Both the position numbers and the translations under genes were made by a program. A stretch of DNA of 62,923 bases, filler included. It is 4 parts of 4 records of this genome, joined end to end, with 100 filler letters (N's around TTAATTAATTAA, not from the genome) between each part and the next. Parts side by side here need not be neighbours in the genome. Positions count along the whole stretch, not along the records: positions 29,266 to 56,149 come from SRR20825010_3656; 3 more parts are not named here. One strand, given 5' to 3'. Positions 40,887 to 51,329 of this stretch are shown piece by piece (positions within the stretch are counted from its first letter, which is position 1; each line of letters starts with the position of its first letter). The notes beneath the pieces were generated by a model that did not search any database, was not told the origin of the DNA, and worked only from the letters and a program-made list of their open reading frames with translations.

Positions 40887-42755
40887 TCAGGGGTCCTCAG
40901 CGGGCTTCATGAGGGCTGCCCTGTTGAACAATGCCGTGCGCTCATCGAACGTCAGGAATGGTTCGGCATTCGTCGCCTCAAGCGTGCCAAACAGCCGCTC
41001 CGGATTAAAGCGCCAAGTGGTGCAGTCGGTCATCAGTTCGCTGCAGCTCAGAAGCTGCCCCGATTCCCTCAGGAAATACTTGAGCCCTGTATAGGTGTCC
41101 GCCAACAGCAGGTCGCGTTGCTGTTTCGGTTGCTTGACCATCAGGCTCCGGCCAATCATGTCGCCGGCCTCTGTTCCGAGCCCCGTTGCATCCAGGATGG
41201 TGGGTGGAATATCGATTTGCGCCACGATCTGGTCGCGATTGGCGTAATCTTCGAGTGAATCGCTGTCCGGAGGACGTATCGCCAGCACACCAACGTTGCT
41301 GTTCAGAGGTACGGATTCATGATCCTTGCGAATGAATCCGCCGGACTCATCCGATGTGATAATGACTAAAGTGTCGTCAAGAATGCCGTCGGACGCCAGG
41401 TCGTCAAGAAACCGATTCAAGGCATCTTCCATGGTTCTCATGGCCTTCTTACGCGCCTCCTGAGGCTCCGGTGTGATGTCCTCGGTGCTCAATTCGTCAT
41501 CCAGTGGTTGTTGCTCCGGCTCTTTTCCGATTTTAAACGGGTGATGGGTCCCCACGTTCAGCAGGGTGACCATCCACGGGCCGGGCTTCTCATCAAGCTG
41601 TCGCAGACGCTTTGCAACGTTGCTGAAATAGATCGGATCAGGTGGCCCCCAACCTTCCACTTCTTCTTCGGGGCCGTTGAAGATCGTTGCGCCGGTGACG
41701 TCGATAAATCCGGCCTGCGGCATGAACTCACCCTTTTGCATGTAATCCAACGGCGCGGCCTGCCAGTAGGCCGTGTGGTAGCCATGTTCCTTCAGATGTT
41801 TGGGCATGCAGTCCACCACAACCCGGCCTTCAGCTACATCAACCATTTTCCGCGATTGCCGGCGGAAGTCCGGGTATTCGCCACACAAGATGGCAAAGGT
41901 GCCGCGATCTGTCTGGCGCTCCATGCTCAGCGAATTCCGGTAGATACGAAATCCATGTCGGCGCAGGTTTTCTTCAAGGCTGGCCAGGGTAACGGTTGGG
42001 TCGAGATCGTGATAGCGGCTCAGGCTTGGGAAATAGCCGCCGGACATACCCTCAATCATGACCAGCAGCACGTTGGGGTGGTCCCTCACAATGGGGGCGG
42101 CAACCTGGTGACGAAAAAAACTCGCCGTCTGCAATGTTTTCAGGGCCTTTTCAGACCCGTTGAGCTCCTCGTCTTCCTTGGATAGTGCTGGGGCGAGTGG
42201 CCCGATGATCGCCCCTGGTATCTGGGCGAAGAAGCTGGCGACAACGTTGTTTGCGGGCGTTGTAAGGCTCTGGAACGACACGCCATAGACCGCGGCCACG
42301 AGCACCGCAACCACCACCTGCCCGGTCCTGCCCGCCGGCAGTGCTTCTGTGTCGATACGACGGTGCTGCCAATGAAGAATCCAGGCAAGGGAAAGGTAGA
42401 CGGGAAGCCAAAGCGCGTGAATGTTGATCAGGCTGCCAGTCACAAAGGTCGGATCAACGCCCTTGCCAATCAGTGACAGCTGGAACAGGGTTCCGTGAAC
42501 GGTAAGGTGCATACCGGCAACAAACGTTGCGCATCCCAGAACCACGACCAGAATAACCCTGGAAATGCCTCTGGTGATGCACAGCAAAACAGCGAGAACA
42601 AACGCACCGGCCAGGTCGCCGGCAATCATTGCCAGCGGATCGGGAACGACACCGCTTTGCAGCACATAGCTCGCCCTGACAACAACCAGCCAGCAGAAAG
42701 CCAAAACCAGTGTCTGGCGGAAATGTCTGGCCATGAGCCCAGAGAAAAATGTCAT
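40887..42755 (-). CDS. LTA-synthase/phosphoglycerol-transferase (alkaline phosphatase/sulfatase superfamily) membrane protein
   Basis: About five N-terminal TMs, then PNVLLVMIEG, RQTDRG, GTHHPF, DTLVIITSD, QIDIPPTILD. Confidence 0.8.
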   Translation of the reverse strand: MTFFSGLMARHFRQTLVLAFCWLVVVRASYVLQSGVVPDPLAMIAGDLAGAFVLAVLLCITRGISRVILVVVLGCATFVAGMHLTVHGTLFQLSLIGKGVDPTFVTGSLINIHALWLPVYLSLAWILHWQHRRIDTEALPAGRTGQVVVAVLVAAVYGVSFQSLTTPANNVVASFFAQIPGAIIGPLAPALSKEDEELNGSEKALKTLQTASFFRHQVAAPIVRDHPNVLLVMIEGMSGGYFPSLSRYHDLDPTVTLASLEENLRRHGFRIYRNSLSMERQTDRGTFAILCGEYPDFRRQSRKMVDVAEGRVVVDCMPKHLKEHGYHTAYWQAAPLDYMQKGEFMPQAGFIDVTGATIFNGPEEEVEGWGPPDPIYFSNVAKRLRQLDEKPGPWMVTLLNVGTHHPFKIGKEPEQQPLDDELSTEDITPEPQEARKKAMRTMEDALNRFLDDLASDGILDDTLVIITSDESGGFIRKDHESVPLNSNVGVLAIRPPDSDSLEDYANRDQIVAQIDIPPTILDATGLGTEAGDMIGRSLMVKQPKQQRDLLLADTYTGLKYFLRESGQLLSCSELMTDCTTWRFNPERLFGTLEATNAEPFLTFDERTALFNRAALMKPAEDP

Positions 42756-42854
42756 AGTGTGGTCCGGTATCGAGCGGCGGTTGAGGTCGTCAGCATTGGC
42801 GTGAATGGCCGGGCGCCAAACAAACAGGTTATCGCTACCGGCTGGAGGCTGGCA

Positions 42855-43736
42855 ATGTCGCGGAACGTTTATGAATCACTGGTAATCGGATGGCTGATCA
42901 TTTTTACCCTGTCAGGGTGCTCCGATGAAAAGGATCCCCCGCCTGCGGGAGCAGAATCGACAAGCGTGCAGGACCTAAGCGCACCTACGATTATGCTAAG
43001 TGACGCTGAACTCGACTGGGTAGGGCAGCAGATTTTTCGTAATGAATGTTCTGCGAAGAAAGCCTGCCTTGTGCACTGGAACAAAGGGGAAGCCTTTCCG
43101 TCGCTCGGTATCGGGCATTTTATCTGGTATCCGTCGGCAGTGGAGGGGCGGTTCGTAGAAAGCTTTCCCGCACTGATTCGGTACATGGCCAAGCGTGACG
43201 CACCATTGCCCCGCTGGCTTGCACGGCTGGATCCATTTGACGCGCCATGGCCCGACAGAGCCGCTTTTCTCGAGGTAGCAGATTCTGCGCGTGTTGCTGA
43301 ACTGAGGGAGTTTCTGCTGGCGACCCGGGATCTCCAGGCGGGCTTTATTGTCCAGCGGGCAAGTAGCTCCCTGTTACGCGTCATTCAGGCAGCTCCTGAC
43401 GCCCAACGAGCACGTGTAAAGCGGCATCTTGAGGAACTGGTCAGCACGTCCGGCGGGGTTTATGCCGTCATTGACTATGTGAACTTCAAGGGGGAGGGGT
43501 TGTCCGCCACGGAGCAATACAACGGTGAAGGATGGGGGTTGTTACAGGTCCTTCTTGCCATGAAAGGCGATGACCGGCCGACCCTTGACCGATTCCGAAG
43601 CGCAGCCGCCTATGTATTGACCCGTCGGGCCGGGAACGCCGACGCTCCGATCGAACGAGAGCGCTGGCTGGCGGGCTGGCTCAGTCGTTTGGAAAGCTAT
43701 CGGGAGCCGGATCATACTTTGGTCGCACCAAAATAA
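42855..43736 (+). CDS. Uncharacterised lipoprotein, possibly lysozyme-like fold
   Basis: ATG 42855 after GGAGG; lipobox LSGC; IFRNEC..WNKGEAFPSLGIGHFIWYP, DYVNFKGEG, GWGLLQVL. Confidence 0.75.
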   Translation: MSRNVYESLVIGWLIIFTLSGCSDEKDPPPAGAESTSVQDLSAPTIMLSDAELDWVGQQIFRNECSAKKACLVHWNKGEAFPSLGIGHFIWYPSAVEGRFVESFPALIRYMAKRDAPLPRWLARLDPFDAPWPDRAAFLEVADSARVAELREFLLATRDLQAGFIVQRASSSLLRVIQAAPDAQRARVKRHLEELVSTSGGVYAVIDYVNFKGEGLSATEQYNGEGWGLLQVLLAMKGDDRPTLDRFRSAAAYVLTRRAGNADAPIERERWLAGWLSRLESYREPDHTLVAPK

Positions 43737-43915
43737 TTCGTGAAAACTGGTCCAATTGGCGAACGCCTTCTACTTTATAGGGAAGTGGTTGAGAAATTGC
43801 CTGCCCTATGGTCTGTCAGCGCGTGCTGATGTGAGGCATTCGCTGCACAAAGTTGTGGCCTGTAGAGGTTGAAGACAGTATTCGAGGCTGCTTGTTTGAT
43901 AAAACAAATACTATA

Positions 43916-43928
43916 AATCAACACGTTG
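43916..43928 (+). promoter_or_regulatory. IHF binding site
   Basis: AATCAA-CACG-TTG matches WATCAANNNNTTR exactly, with an A-rich tract upstream. Confidence 0.6.
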
Positions 43929-43935
43929 GTATATC

Positions 43936-43951
43936 TGGCTCGTAAATTGCT
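43936..43951 (+). promoter_or_regulatory. Sigma54 (-24/-12) promoter of the aap operon
   Basis: TGGCTC-GTAAA-TTGCT versus consensus TGGCAC-N5-TTGCW, 45 nt before the aapJ start. Confidence 0.7.
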
Positions 43952-43996
43952 CATATTCAGTGCACCTCTAACCAACGGAATTTTGGAGATAAGATA

Positions 43997-45022
43997 ATGA
44001 AGAACGCCAAGTCGATTGCCGTCGGCGCAGCCATGCTGTGTGGAGTTTTTACCGCTTCGGTTGCTAGTGCGGCTACGACGCTTGAAAGCGTCAAGGAAAA
44101 AGGGCATTTGCAGTGTGGTGTAACAAGTGGTCTTCCGGGGTTTTCACAGCCGGACGACAAAGGTAACTGGACCGGTATAGACGTCGACACCTGTCGTGCC
44201 GTAGCCGCAGCGATTTTTGGGGACGCTAAGGCGGTCGAGTTCACGCCTTTGACCGCGAAAGAGCGTTTTACCGCACTCCAGTCGGGTGAAATAGACATGT
44301 TGTCCCGTAATACCACGTGGACGCTTACCCGGGATGCATCGCTGGGTCTCAACTTTGCCGGTGTTAACTACTACGACGGTCAGGGCTTCCTGGTGAACAA
44401 GGGCATTGGCGTGGACGATGCCACCCAACTGGACGGTGCGACTGTCTGTATCCAGGCCGGTACAACCACCGAGCTCAACCTGTCGGATTACTTCCGCGCC
44501 AAGGGCATGGAATACAAGCCCATTGTATTTGACACCTCTGAACAGACTGTCCAGGGCTTTGCGTCCGGGCGTTGTGACGTGCTGACCTCAGACCGTTCAC
44601 AGCTTGCGGCACTTCGCTCCAAACTGTCCGACCCCGATTCCGCCAAGATCCTTCCCAACACCATCTCCAAGGAGCCCCTTGGACCGGTCGTACGCCAGGG
44701 CGATGACCAGTGGTTCAATATCGTGAAGTGGGTGTTGTCGGTACAGATCAATGCTGAAGAGCTGGGCGTTACCAGCGCCAACGTTGATGACATGCTGAAG
44801 TCTGACAACCCGAACATCCAGCGTCTGCTGGGCACTGACGGTGATATGGGAGCCAAGCTCGGTCTGCCGGATGATTTTGGTGCCAAGGCCATCAAACAGG
44901 TCGGCAACTACGGCGAGATGTACGATCGTAACGTAGGCCCGGACACTCCGCTTGGTCTGGAGCGGGGCATCAACGCCCTGTGGACCGAAGGCGGTGTTAT
45001 GTACGCGCCTCCGGTACGTTAA
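43997..45022 (+). CDS. aapJ: General L-amino acid ABC transporter substrate-binding protein
   Basis: CGVTSGLPGFS, RFTALQSGEIDMLSRNTTWT, ISKEPLGP. Confidence 0.93.
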   Translation: MKNAKSIAVGAAMLCGVFTASVASAATTLESVKEKGHLQCGVTSGLPGFSQPDDKGNWTGIDVDTCRAVAAAIFGDAKAVEFTPLTAKERFTALQSGEIDMLSRNTTWTLTRDASLGLNFAGVNYYDGQGFLVNKGIGVDDATQLDGATVCIQAGTTTELNLSDYFRAKGMEYKPIVFDTSEQTVQGFASGRCDVLTSDRSQLAALRSKLSDPDSAKILPNTISKEPLGPVVRQGDDQWFNIVKWVLSVQINAEELGVTSANVDDMLKSDNPNIQRLLGTDGDMGAKLGLPDDFGAKAIKQVGNYGEMYDRNVGPDTPLGLERGINALWTEGGVMYAPPVR

Positions 45023-45036
45023 TACCTGAAAGCACC

Positions 45037-45069
45037 CAGTGGGCGCGCTCCCGTTGGAGCCGCCCACTG
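45037..45069 (+). other. Intercistronic stem-loop after aapJ
   Basis: CAGTGGGCG..GCTCC-CGTT-GGAGC-CGCCCACTG with no U-tail, as expected for an mRNA-stabilising hairpin. Confidence 0.55.
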
Positions 45070-45115
45070 ACATCTGTGATTCGTTTCGTCGCGGGCTAGC
45101 TTTCCGGGAACATGC

Positions 45116-46303
45116 ATGAAAAAACAAACCTTTGATTCCAAACCTGCGGGGCCAAAGCCCTGGTACGACCCGCGGGTTCGCGCTATTTTTTTCCAGGTAG
45201 TAGCCATTGCCCTCGTCTTCTGGGGTGGCTGGATTCTTATCGACAATACGCTTTCCAATATGGAAAGCCGTGGCATTAGCACCGGTTTCGGGTTCCTTGA
45301 TGAATCAGCCGGGTTCGGCATCATCATGAGCCTGGTCCCTTACGACGCCACCATGTCGTACGGTCGAACCTTTTGGGTCGGCCTGACCAATACCCTTCTG
45401 GTATCGGCAATGGGTGTGGTGACCGCCACTATCCTCGGTTTCATCATCGGTGTCGCCAGGCTTTCAAGTAACTGGCTGGTTGCCAAAGTCTCTCTGGCTT
45501 ATATCGAAGTGATCCGCAACATCCCCCTGCTGCTGCAGATTTTCTTCTGGTACTTTGCGGTGCTCAGCAGCCTGCCTTCACCGCGCCAGAGCGTGGACGT
45601 CGGCGGAGCTTTTTTCCTCAACAATCGTGGCCTGTATGTGCCGGAGCCGGTGACTCAGGATGGCTTTGGTCTGGTGTGGGGAGGCGTTCTCGCGGCCATT
45701 GCAGCCGTCATTGGCATTCGTATATGGGCCAAGAGGCGCCAACTGGCGACCGGAGCGATTTTCCCAACGTTCAAGGTGGGCGTGGGTATTCTGGTTCTGG
45801 TTCCGATAGTGTCGTACCTCCTCGCCGGTCAGCCCCTGGAATGGGATTTGCCAGCACTGAAGGGCTTCAATTTCGGTGGTGGCATTTCCATCATTCCGGA
45901 ACTGGCGGCGCTATGGATTGCCTTGTCCCTGTACACCGCCAGCTTCATCGCGGAAATCGTTCGGTCCGGCATCCTGTCGGTCAGCAAGGGGCAGACTGAG
46001 GCATCGAAGGCATTGGGCCTTCCGAATGGTCTTACGCTCAGATTGGTGGTGATTCCCCAGGCGATGCGGGTGATTATCCCGCCGTTGACGAGCCAATATC
46101 TCAACCTGGTGAAGAACTCCTCGCTCGCTACGGCCATCGGTTATCCCGATCTGGTCGCGGTGTTCATGGGAACCACGCTGAACCAGACCGGCCAGGCCGT
46201 GGAAGTTGTGGCCATTACCATGGCCGTTTATCTCACCATCAGCCTGTTGATCTCCCTGTTTATGAATATCTATAACCGGGCTGTAGCGATTAAGGAGCGA
46301 TGA
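45116..46303 (+). CDS. aapQ: Amino acid ABC transporter permease
   Basis: RNIPLLLQ, AEIVRSGI..GQTEA EAA loop. Confidence 0.92.
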   Translation: MKKQTFDSKPAGPKPWYDPRVRAIFFQVVAIALVFWGGWILIDNTLSNMESRGISTGFGFLDESAGFGIIMSLVPYDATMSYGRTFWVGLTNTLLVSAMGVVTATILGFIIGVARLSSNWLVAKVSLAYIEVIRNIPLLLQIFFWYFAVLSSLPSPRQSVDVGGAFFLNNRGLYVPEPVTQDGFGLVWGGVLAAIAAVIGIRIWAKRRQLATGAIFPTFKVGVGILVLVPIVSYLLAGQPLEWDLPALKGFNFGGGISIIPELAALWIALSLYTASFIAEIVRSGILSVSKGQTEASKALGLPNGLTLRLVVIPQAMRVIIPPLTSQYLNLVKNSSLATAIGYPDLVAVFMGTTLNQTGQAVEVVAITMAVYLTISLLISLFMNIYNRAVAIKER

Positions 46304-47388
46304 TGGCTGAGTCAACCATGAAAGCGCCAAAAAGGCGCATTGATCCGGTCCGGTGGGCGCGGGAAAACCTGTTTTCAAGCTGGCACAACACGATTCTGAC
46401 CCTGTTGGTGGGCTATCTGATCGTGACCAGCGTGGGTCCCTTGCTCAATTGGGTATTGCTGGATGCGAACTTCCAGGGCAGTGACCCGAGTGACTGTACC
46501 GGAGCGGGAGCCTGCTGGCTGTTTATCAACCAGCGGCTTAATTTCTTTATCTACGGGTTTTACCCCGAGGAATTCCAGTGGCGCGTGGACATCATGTTCG
46601 GCCTGCTGGCACTGTCTTTCGCGCCTCAGTTCATTGAACGCTTTCCTGGCCGTAAATGGCTGGGATTGTTCGGACTGACCGGGCTGCCGATTGTCGGCTA
46701 CTTCCTGATTCCGGGTGGCGTGTTTGGCCTGGAGGAGGTTCAGAGTTCGAAGTGGGGTGGGCTGATGCTGACGCTGATTCTGGCGTATATCGGCATCATT
46801 GCCTCGCTGCCAATCGGCACCTTGCTGGCGCTGGGGCGTCGCTCCGAGATGCCGATCATCCGTGGGCTCTGTGTGGTTTTCATCGAAGTGTGGCGAGCAG
46901 TCCCGTTGATTACGGTTCTGTTTATGGCCTCGGTGATGCTGCCGTTGTTCCTTCCGGAGGGCATGAACTTCGAGAAACTGGCGCGGGCACTCATCGGTAT
47001 CACGCTCTGGCAATCGGCTTATATGGCGGAGGTCATTCGCGGCGGCCTGCAGGCGATTCCCCGTGGGCAGTACGAAGCCGCCAGTGCGTTGGGCCTTGGG
47101 TACTGGAAGAAAATGGGACTGATTATCCTGCCCCAGGCGCTCAAGCTTGTTATTCCCGGCATCGTTAATACGTTTATCTCGTTGTTCAAGGACACAACGC
47201 TGGTGCTGATTATCGGGCTGTTCGATATTCTCGGCACCGTTCAATCGACGGTTACGGACCCCGCCTGGCAGAACGTGGCCGTGGAGGGGTATGTCTTTGT
47301 GGCGTTCTGTTTCTGGGTGTTTTGCTTCGGCATCTCCCGATACAGCCAGAACCTTGAGCGCAAACTAGATACCGGTCACAGAACCTGA
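46300..47388 (+). CDS. aapM: Amino acid ABC transporter permease
   Basis: [37 protein letters not shown]. Confidence 0.92.
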   Translation: MMAESTMKAPKRRIDPVRWARENLFSSWHNTILTLLVGYLIVTSVGPLLNWVLLDANFQGSDPSDCTGAGACWLFINQRLNFFIYGFYPEEFQWRVDIMFGLLALSFAPQFIERFPGRKWLGLFGLTGLPIVGYFLIPGGVFGLEEVQSSKWGGLMLTLILAYIGIIASLPIGTLLALGRRSEMPIIRGLCVVFIEVWRAVPLITVLFMASVMLPLFLPEGMNFEKLARALIGITLWQSAYMAEVIRGGLQAIPRGQYEAASALGLGYWKKMGLIILPQALKLVIPGIVNTFISLFKDTTLVLIIGLFDILGTVQSTVTDPAWQNVAVEGYVFVAFCFWVFCFGISRYSQNLERKLDTGHRT

Positions 47389-48194
47389 TGGGTAAACCAA
47401 TGACAGAACAAACGCAAACTCCTGATACGCAATCGTCACCGTCCTCGGACGTTGGCAAGTCCGATATTATTCGGGTGGAGGGCATGCACAAGTGGTACGG
47501 CGATTTCCACGTGCTGAAGGACCTCAACCTGGCGGTTCGCCATGGCGAGCGCATCGTGATATGTGGCCCCTCCGGTTCGGGTAAATCCACGTTCATTCGC
47601 TGTATCAACCGGTTAGAGGAACACCAGCAAGGCAAAATCATTGTCGACGACGTGGAGCTGACCGACGACGTACGTCAGATCGACAGCGTCCGACGCGAGG
47701 TTGGCATGGTGTTTCAGCATTTCAACCTGTTCCCGCATTTGACGGTGCTCGAGAACTGCTGCCTATCGCCGATCTGGGTGCGGAAAACGCCGCGCAAGGA
47801 AGCCGAGGCCACGGCGATGGAATACCTGGAGCGGGTAAAGATTCCGGACCAGGCCAACAAATTCCCAGGTCAGCTTTCCGGCGGTCAGCAACAGCGGGTG
47901 GCTATCGCCAGGGCGCTGTGTATGAAGCCGAAAATCATGCTGTTTGACGAGCCGACGTCCGCGCTGGACCCTGAGATGATCAAGGAGGTGCTGGACGTCA
48001 TGATTGAGCTGGCGGGCAGTGGCATGACCATGTTGTGCGTTACCCATGAGATGGGCTTCGCCAAGACGGTGGCTGACCGGGTGATTTTCATGGACGGTGG
48101 TGAAATCGTTGAAGAGGCGCCGCCCCACGATTTCTTCACCAACCCGCAGGAGCCCAGGACCCAGAAGTTCCTGAAGCAGATCCTGCAGCATTGA
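47388..48194 (+). CDS. aapP: Amino acid ABC transporter ATP-binding protein
   Basis: [26 protein letters not shown]. Confidence 0.94.
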   Translation: MGKPMTEQTQTPDTQSSPSSDVGKSDIIRVEGMHKWYGDFHVLKDLNLAVRHGERIVICGPSGSGKSTFIRCINRLEEHQQGKIIVDDVELTDDVRQIDSVRREVGMVFQHFNLFPHLTVLENCCLSPIWVRKTPRKEAEATAMEYLERVKIPDQANKFPGQLSGGQQQRVAIARALCMKPKIMLFDEPTSALDPEMIKEVLDVMIELAGSGMTMLCVTHEMGFAKTVADRVIFMDGGEIVEEAPPHDFFTNPQEPRTQKFLKQILQH

Positions 48195-48215
48195 ACGGCC
48201 TGCAACACCTAACGG

Positions 48216-48244
48216 AAAGAGCCGGGCGTCGCCCGGCTCTTTTT
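48216..48244. terminator. Bidirectional terminator between aapP and lpxH
   Basis: AAAGAGCCGGGCG-T-CGCCCGGCTCTTTT. Confidence 0.8.
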
Positions 48245-48968
48245 ACAGTGGTTGTTTGGTAAGAACCGGTTCCTTGTCCGGTTCTACCTCCAGCCACCAG
48301 ACGTTCTCGTCCCAGTCGCCCAGCACAATCCGCTTTGCCGGCTTACCGCCTGCCTCCAGCTCGTGAACGGCCGGACGATGGGTATGGCCGTGGATCAGTC
48401 GTTGCACCCCGTGCGCCTCCATTTCCTTCACCACCTCATCCGCGGTGACGTCCATAATGAACTCTTCCTTGCCCTGGTTCTTGGCCATGCTGATTTCCCG
48501 TAACTGACGGGCCATCTGTTGACGTTCGGCCAGGGGTCGTTGGAGAATCATCTGCTGCCATTGCGGGTTGCGCATGTTGGCGCGGAATTTTTGGTACTCC
48601 ACATCCGCGGTACACAGGCTGTCACCGTGCATTAGCAGGGTAGGCGTGCCGTAAAGATCCACCACCGTTGGGTCATCCAGTAGAGTGGCGCCGATTCGGT
48701 TGCAGTAATCTTCGCCAATCAGAAAGTCCCGGTTTCCGTGCATCAGGAACAACCTGGTGCCCGAGTCACTGACCGCGCGCAGTGCCGCCGCAATCTGCTC
48801 CTGCAGGGGCGTTCGCTCGTCATCGCCAATCCAGGCTTCGAAAAAGTCGCCGAGAATGTAGAGTTGCTCCACCCCTCGGGCCTTGTCTTCAAGGAATCCC
48901 AAAAACGCGTTGGTGATGTCCGGGCGGGACTCTTCCAGGTGTAAATCTGAGATGAACAGCGTGGTCAC
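48243..48968 (-). CDS. lpxH: UDP-2,3-diacylglucosamine diphosphatase
   Basis: [31 protein letters not shown]; follows ppiB. Confidence 0.96.
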   Translation of the reverse strand: MTTLFISDLHLEESRPDITNAFLGFLEDKARGVEQLYILGDFFEAWIGDDERTPLQEQIAAALRAVSDSGTRLFLMHGNRDFLIGEDYCNRIGATLLDDPTVVDLYGTPTLLMHGDSLCTADVEYQKFRANMRNPQWQQMILQRPLAERQQMARQLREISMAKNQGKEEFIMDVTADEVVKEMEAHGVQRLIHGHTHRPAVHELEAGGKPAKRIVLGDWDENVWWLEVEPDKEPVLTKQPL

Positions 48969-49474
48969 GCCGCGCCTCCGTCCTCTGTGATTTCGGCTTT
49001 CTCGATCACCACATCTTCTGCAGGCACATCCTGATGGCCTGCACGCATAGTGGTACGCACCGCGCGAATGGCATTAACGGTTTCCATGCCTTCCACAACC
49101 TTGCCGAAAACGCAGTAGCCCCAGCCTTCGGCATTCTCGGCGGTGTGGTCGAGGAAGCCGTTGTTCTCGACGTTGATGAAGAACTGCGCAGTGGCGGAGT
49201 GCGGGTCCATGGTGCGGGCCATGGCAACGGTGCCCTGCATATTGCTGAGGCCGTTGTTGGCTTCGTTTTGAATGGGCTCGCGGGTCTTTCGCGGGGTCAT
49301 CCCCGGTTCAAAGCCACCACCCTGAATCATGAAGTTGCTGATGACACGGTGGAAAATCAGCCCGTCATAGAAACCGTCGCGAACGTACTGTTCGAAGTTT
49401 TTGGCAGTCTCGGGGGCCTTGTCGTAATCCAGTTCCAGAGTGATGTCACCGTGGGAGGTTTTCAGCAGAATCAT
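48965..49474 (-). CDS. ppiB: Cyclophilin-type peptidyl-prolyl isomerase B
   Basis: [32 protein letters not shown]. Confidence 0.96.
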   Translation of the reverse strand: MILLKTSHGDITLELDYDKAPETAKNFEQYVRDGFYDGLIFHRVISNFMIQGGGFEPGMTPRKTREPIQNEANNGLSNMQGTVAMARTMDPHSATAQFFINVENNGFLDHTAENAEGWGYCVFGKVVEGMETVNAIRAVRTTMRAGHQDVPAEDVVIEKAEITEDGGAA

Positions 49475-49612
49475 CAGGGTTTCCTGTTCAAGTAGGTATT
49501 AAAAGCAACGTGGCTGTTATTGTACTGAAGAGTTTGTACGCGTGCATGAGTTAGGCAATGATTTGTGAGTATAATACGCGGTTTCAGATACACACCCTAC
49601 GATTGAGATTGT

Positions 49613-51289
49613 ATGAGCGCCGAGTCCAAGAAAGCCCATAACTTCATCCAGAGCCTGATCGAAGACGCTGTTGCCAAAGGCGAACACACGGGTAAGGTTG
49701 TGACCCGTTTTCCGCCCGAGCCGAACGGTTACCTGCACATCGGCCACGCCAAATCCATTTGCCTGAATTTCGGCATTGCGGAAACCTTTGGCGGTGAATG
49801 CACGTTGCGGTTTGATGATACTAATCCGGAAAAGGAATCCCAGGAGTACATTGACTCCATCAAGAAGGATGTTCATTGGCTGGGTTGTGAATGGAGCGGA
49901 GAGGTTCGCTACGCTTCGGACTATTTTGACGCCATTTACGACTTTGCCGTTGAGTTGATTGAAAAGGGCAAAGCCTATGTGTGCGCGCTGACTGCCGATC
50001 AGATGGCCGAGTACCGGGGTACGCTTAAAGAACCGGGCCAGAACAGCCCCTATCGTGACCGGCCGGTGGAAGAAAACCTTCAGCTGTTCCGCGATATGCG
50101 CGCCGGTAAGTATCAGAACGGTGAGCTGGTGCTGCGCGCCAAAATCGATATGGCCTCCCCGAACATCAATCTGCGGGACCCGATTCTGTACCGGATTCGC
50201 TACGCCGACCATCACCAGACTGGCGATAAATGGTGCATCTATCCGATGTACGACTTCACCCACCCGATTTCCGACGCCATGGAGGGGATTACGCACTCCC
50301 TGTGCACACTGGAATTCGAGGATCATCGCCCGCTCTATGATTGGGTGCTGGACAACATCTCAGCTCCCTGCCAGCCACGGCAGATCGAATTTGCCCGGCT
50401 GAATCTCAATTACACCATCACCAGCAAGCGCAAACTCAAGCGTTTGGTGGACGAAGGCTTTGTGGATAGCTGGAATGACCCACGCATGCCCACCATCTCC
50501 GGTATGCGCCGTCGTGGTTATACCCCGGAGTCCATCCGCACCTTCTGCGACATGATCGGTGTCAACAAGGCCGGCGGAACGGTGGACATGGGGATGCTGG
50601 AGCACGCCATCCGTGAAGACCTGAACACCCGTTCGCCCCGCGCCATGTGCGTAATGCGGCCGTTGAAGGTGACACTGACCAATTACCCGGAAGACAAGAC
50701 CGAAACCCTGGTGTTGCCGGTTCACCCCCAGAACCCGGACATGGGCGAGCGTGAAGTCACCTGGAGCCAGACCCTGTACATCGACCGGGAAGATTTCGCG
50801 GAAGAACCGCCCCGTAAATGGAAACGTCTTGCTCCGGAGCAGGCGGTGCGTCTGCGTGGCGGATACGTCATGACCTGCCGTGAGGTTATCCGTGACGACA
50901 GCGGTGAGATTGTTGAACTGAAATGCGAGTACGATCCCAATACCCTCGGCGTTAACCCCGAAGGCTACAAACCGAACGGTGTCGTTCATTGGGTGTCGGC
51001 CACTGACAGCGTTGAGACGGATATCAATCAATACGACCGCCTGTTCAACCATGAGTCGCCGGACAGTGATAAAGAGACTGACTTTGTGGACCTGATCAAC
51101 CCGGAATCTCTGGTGGTCCTCAAAGGCGCCAGAGTAGAGAAGAGTTTGGCCCAGCCCCGTACTGATTTGCCATATCAGTTCGAGCGTGAGGGGTATTTCT
51201 TCTGCGATCAGGAGCTGACTGAGGCAGCAGGCCGTCCGGTGTTTAACCGTACCGTGACCCTCAGGGATTCCTGGGGCAAGGGCAAGTAA
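49613..51289 (+). CDS. glnS: Glutamine--tRNA ligase
   Basis: [34 protein letters not shown]. Confidence 0.98.
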   Translation: MSAESKKAHNFIQSLIEDAVAKGEHTGKVVTRFPPEPNGYLHIGHAKSICLNFGIAETFGGECTLRFDDTNPEKESQEYIDSIKKDVHWLGCEWSGEVRYASDYFDAIYDFAVELIEKGKAYVCALTADQMAEYRGTLKEPGQNSPYRDRPVEENLQLFRDMRAGKYQNGELVLRAKIDMASPNINLRDPILYRIRYADHHQTGDKWCIYPMYDFTHPISDAMEGITHSLCTLEFEDHRPLYDWVLDNISAPCQPRQIEFARLNLNYTITSKRKLKRLVDEGFVDSWNDPRMPTISGMRRRGYTPESIRTFCDMIGVNKAGGTVDMGMLEHAIREDLNTRSPRAMCVMRPLKVTLTNYPEDKTETLVLPVHPQNPDMGEREVTWSQTLYIDREDFAEEPPRKWKRLAPEQAVRLRGGYVMTCREVIRDDSGEIVELKCEYDPNTLGVNPEGYKPNGVVHWVSATDSVETDINQYDRLFNHESPDSDKETDFVDLINPESLVVLKGARVEKSLAQPRTDLPYQFEREGYFFCDQELTEAAGRPVFNRTVTLRDSWGKGK

Positions 51290-51329
51290 GTTCGGTGATA
51301 CATTCATTCAATTATTTAACGAGCGTAGC

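Noticed and set aside
42495-42854. N-terminal 120 codons of the 413-aa ORF
   Set aside because: Overlaps the opposite-strand LtaS-like gene; the RBS and lipoprotein signal point to ATG 42855.
48243-48968. lpxH as evidence that the piece B organism makes lipid A
   Set aside because: It lies on the gammaproteobacterial contig across a spacer, so it belongs to a different organism.
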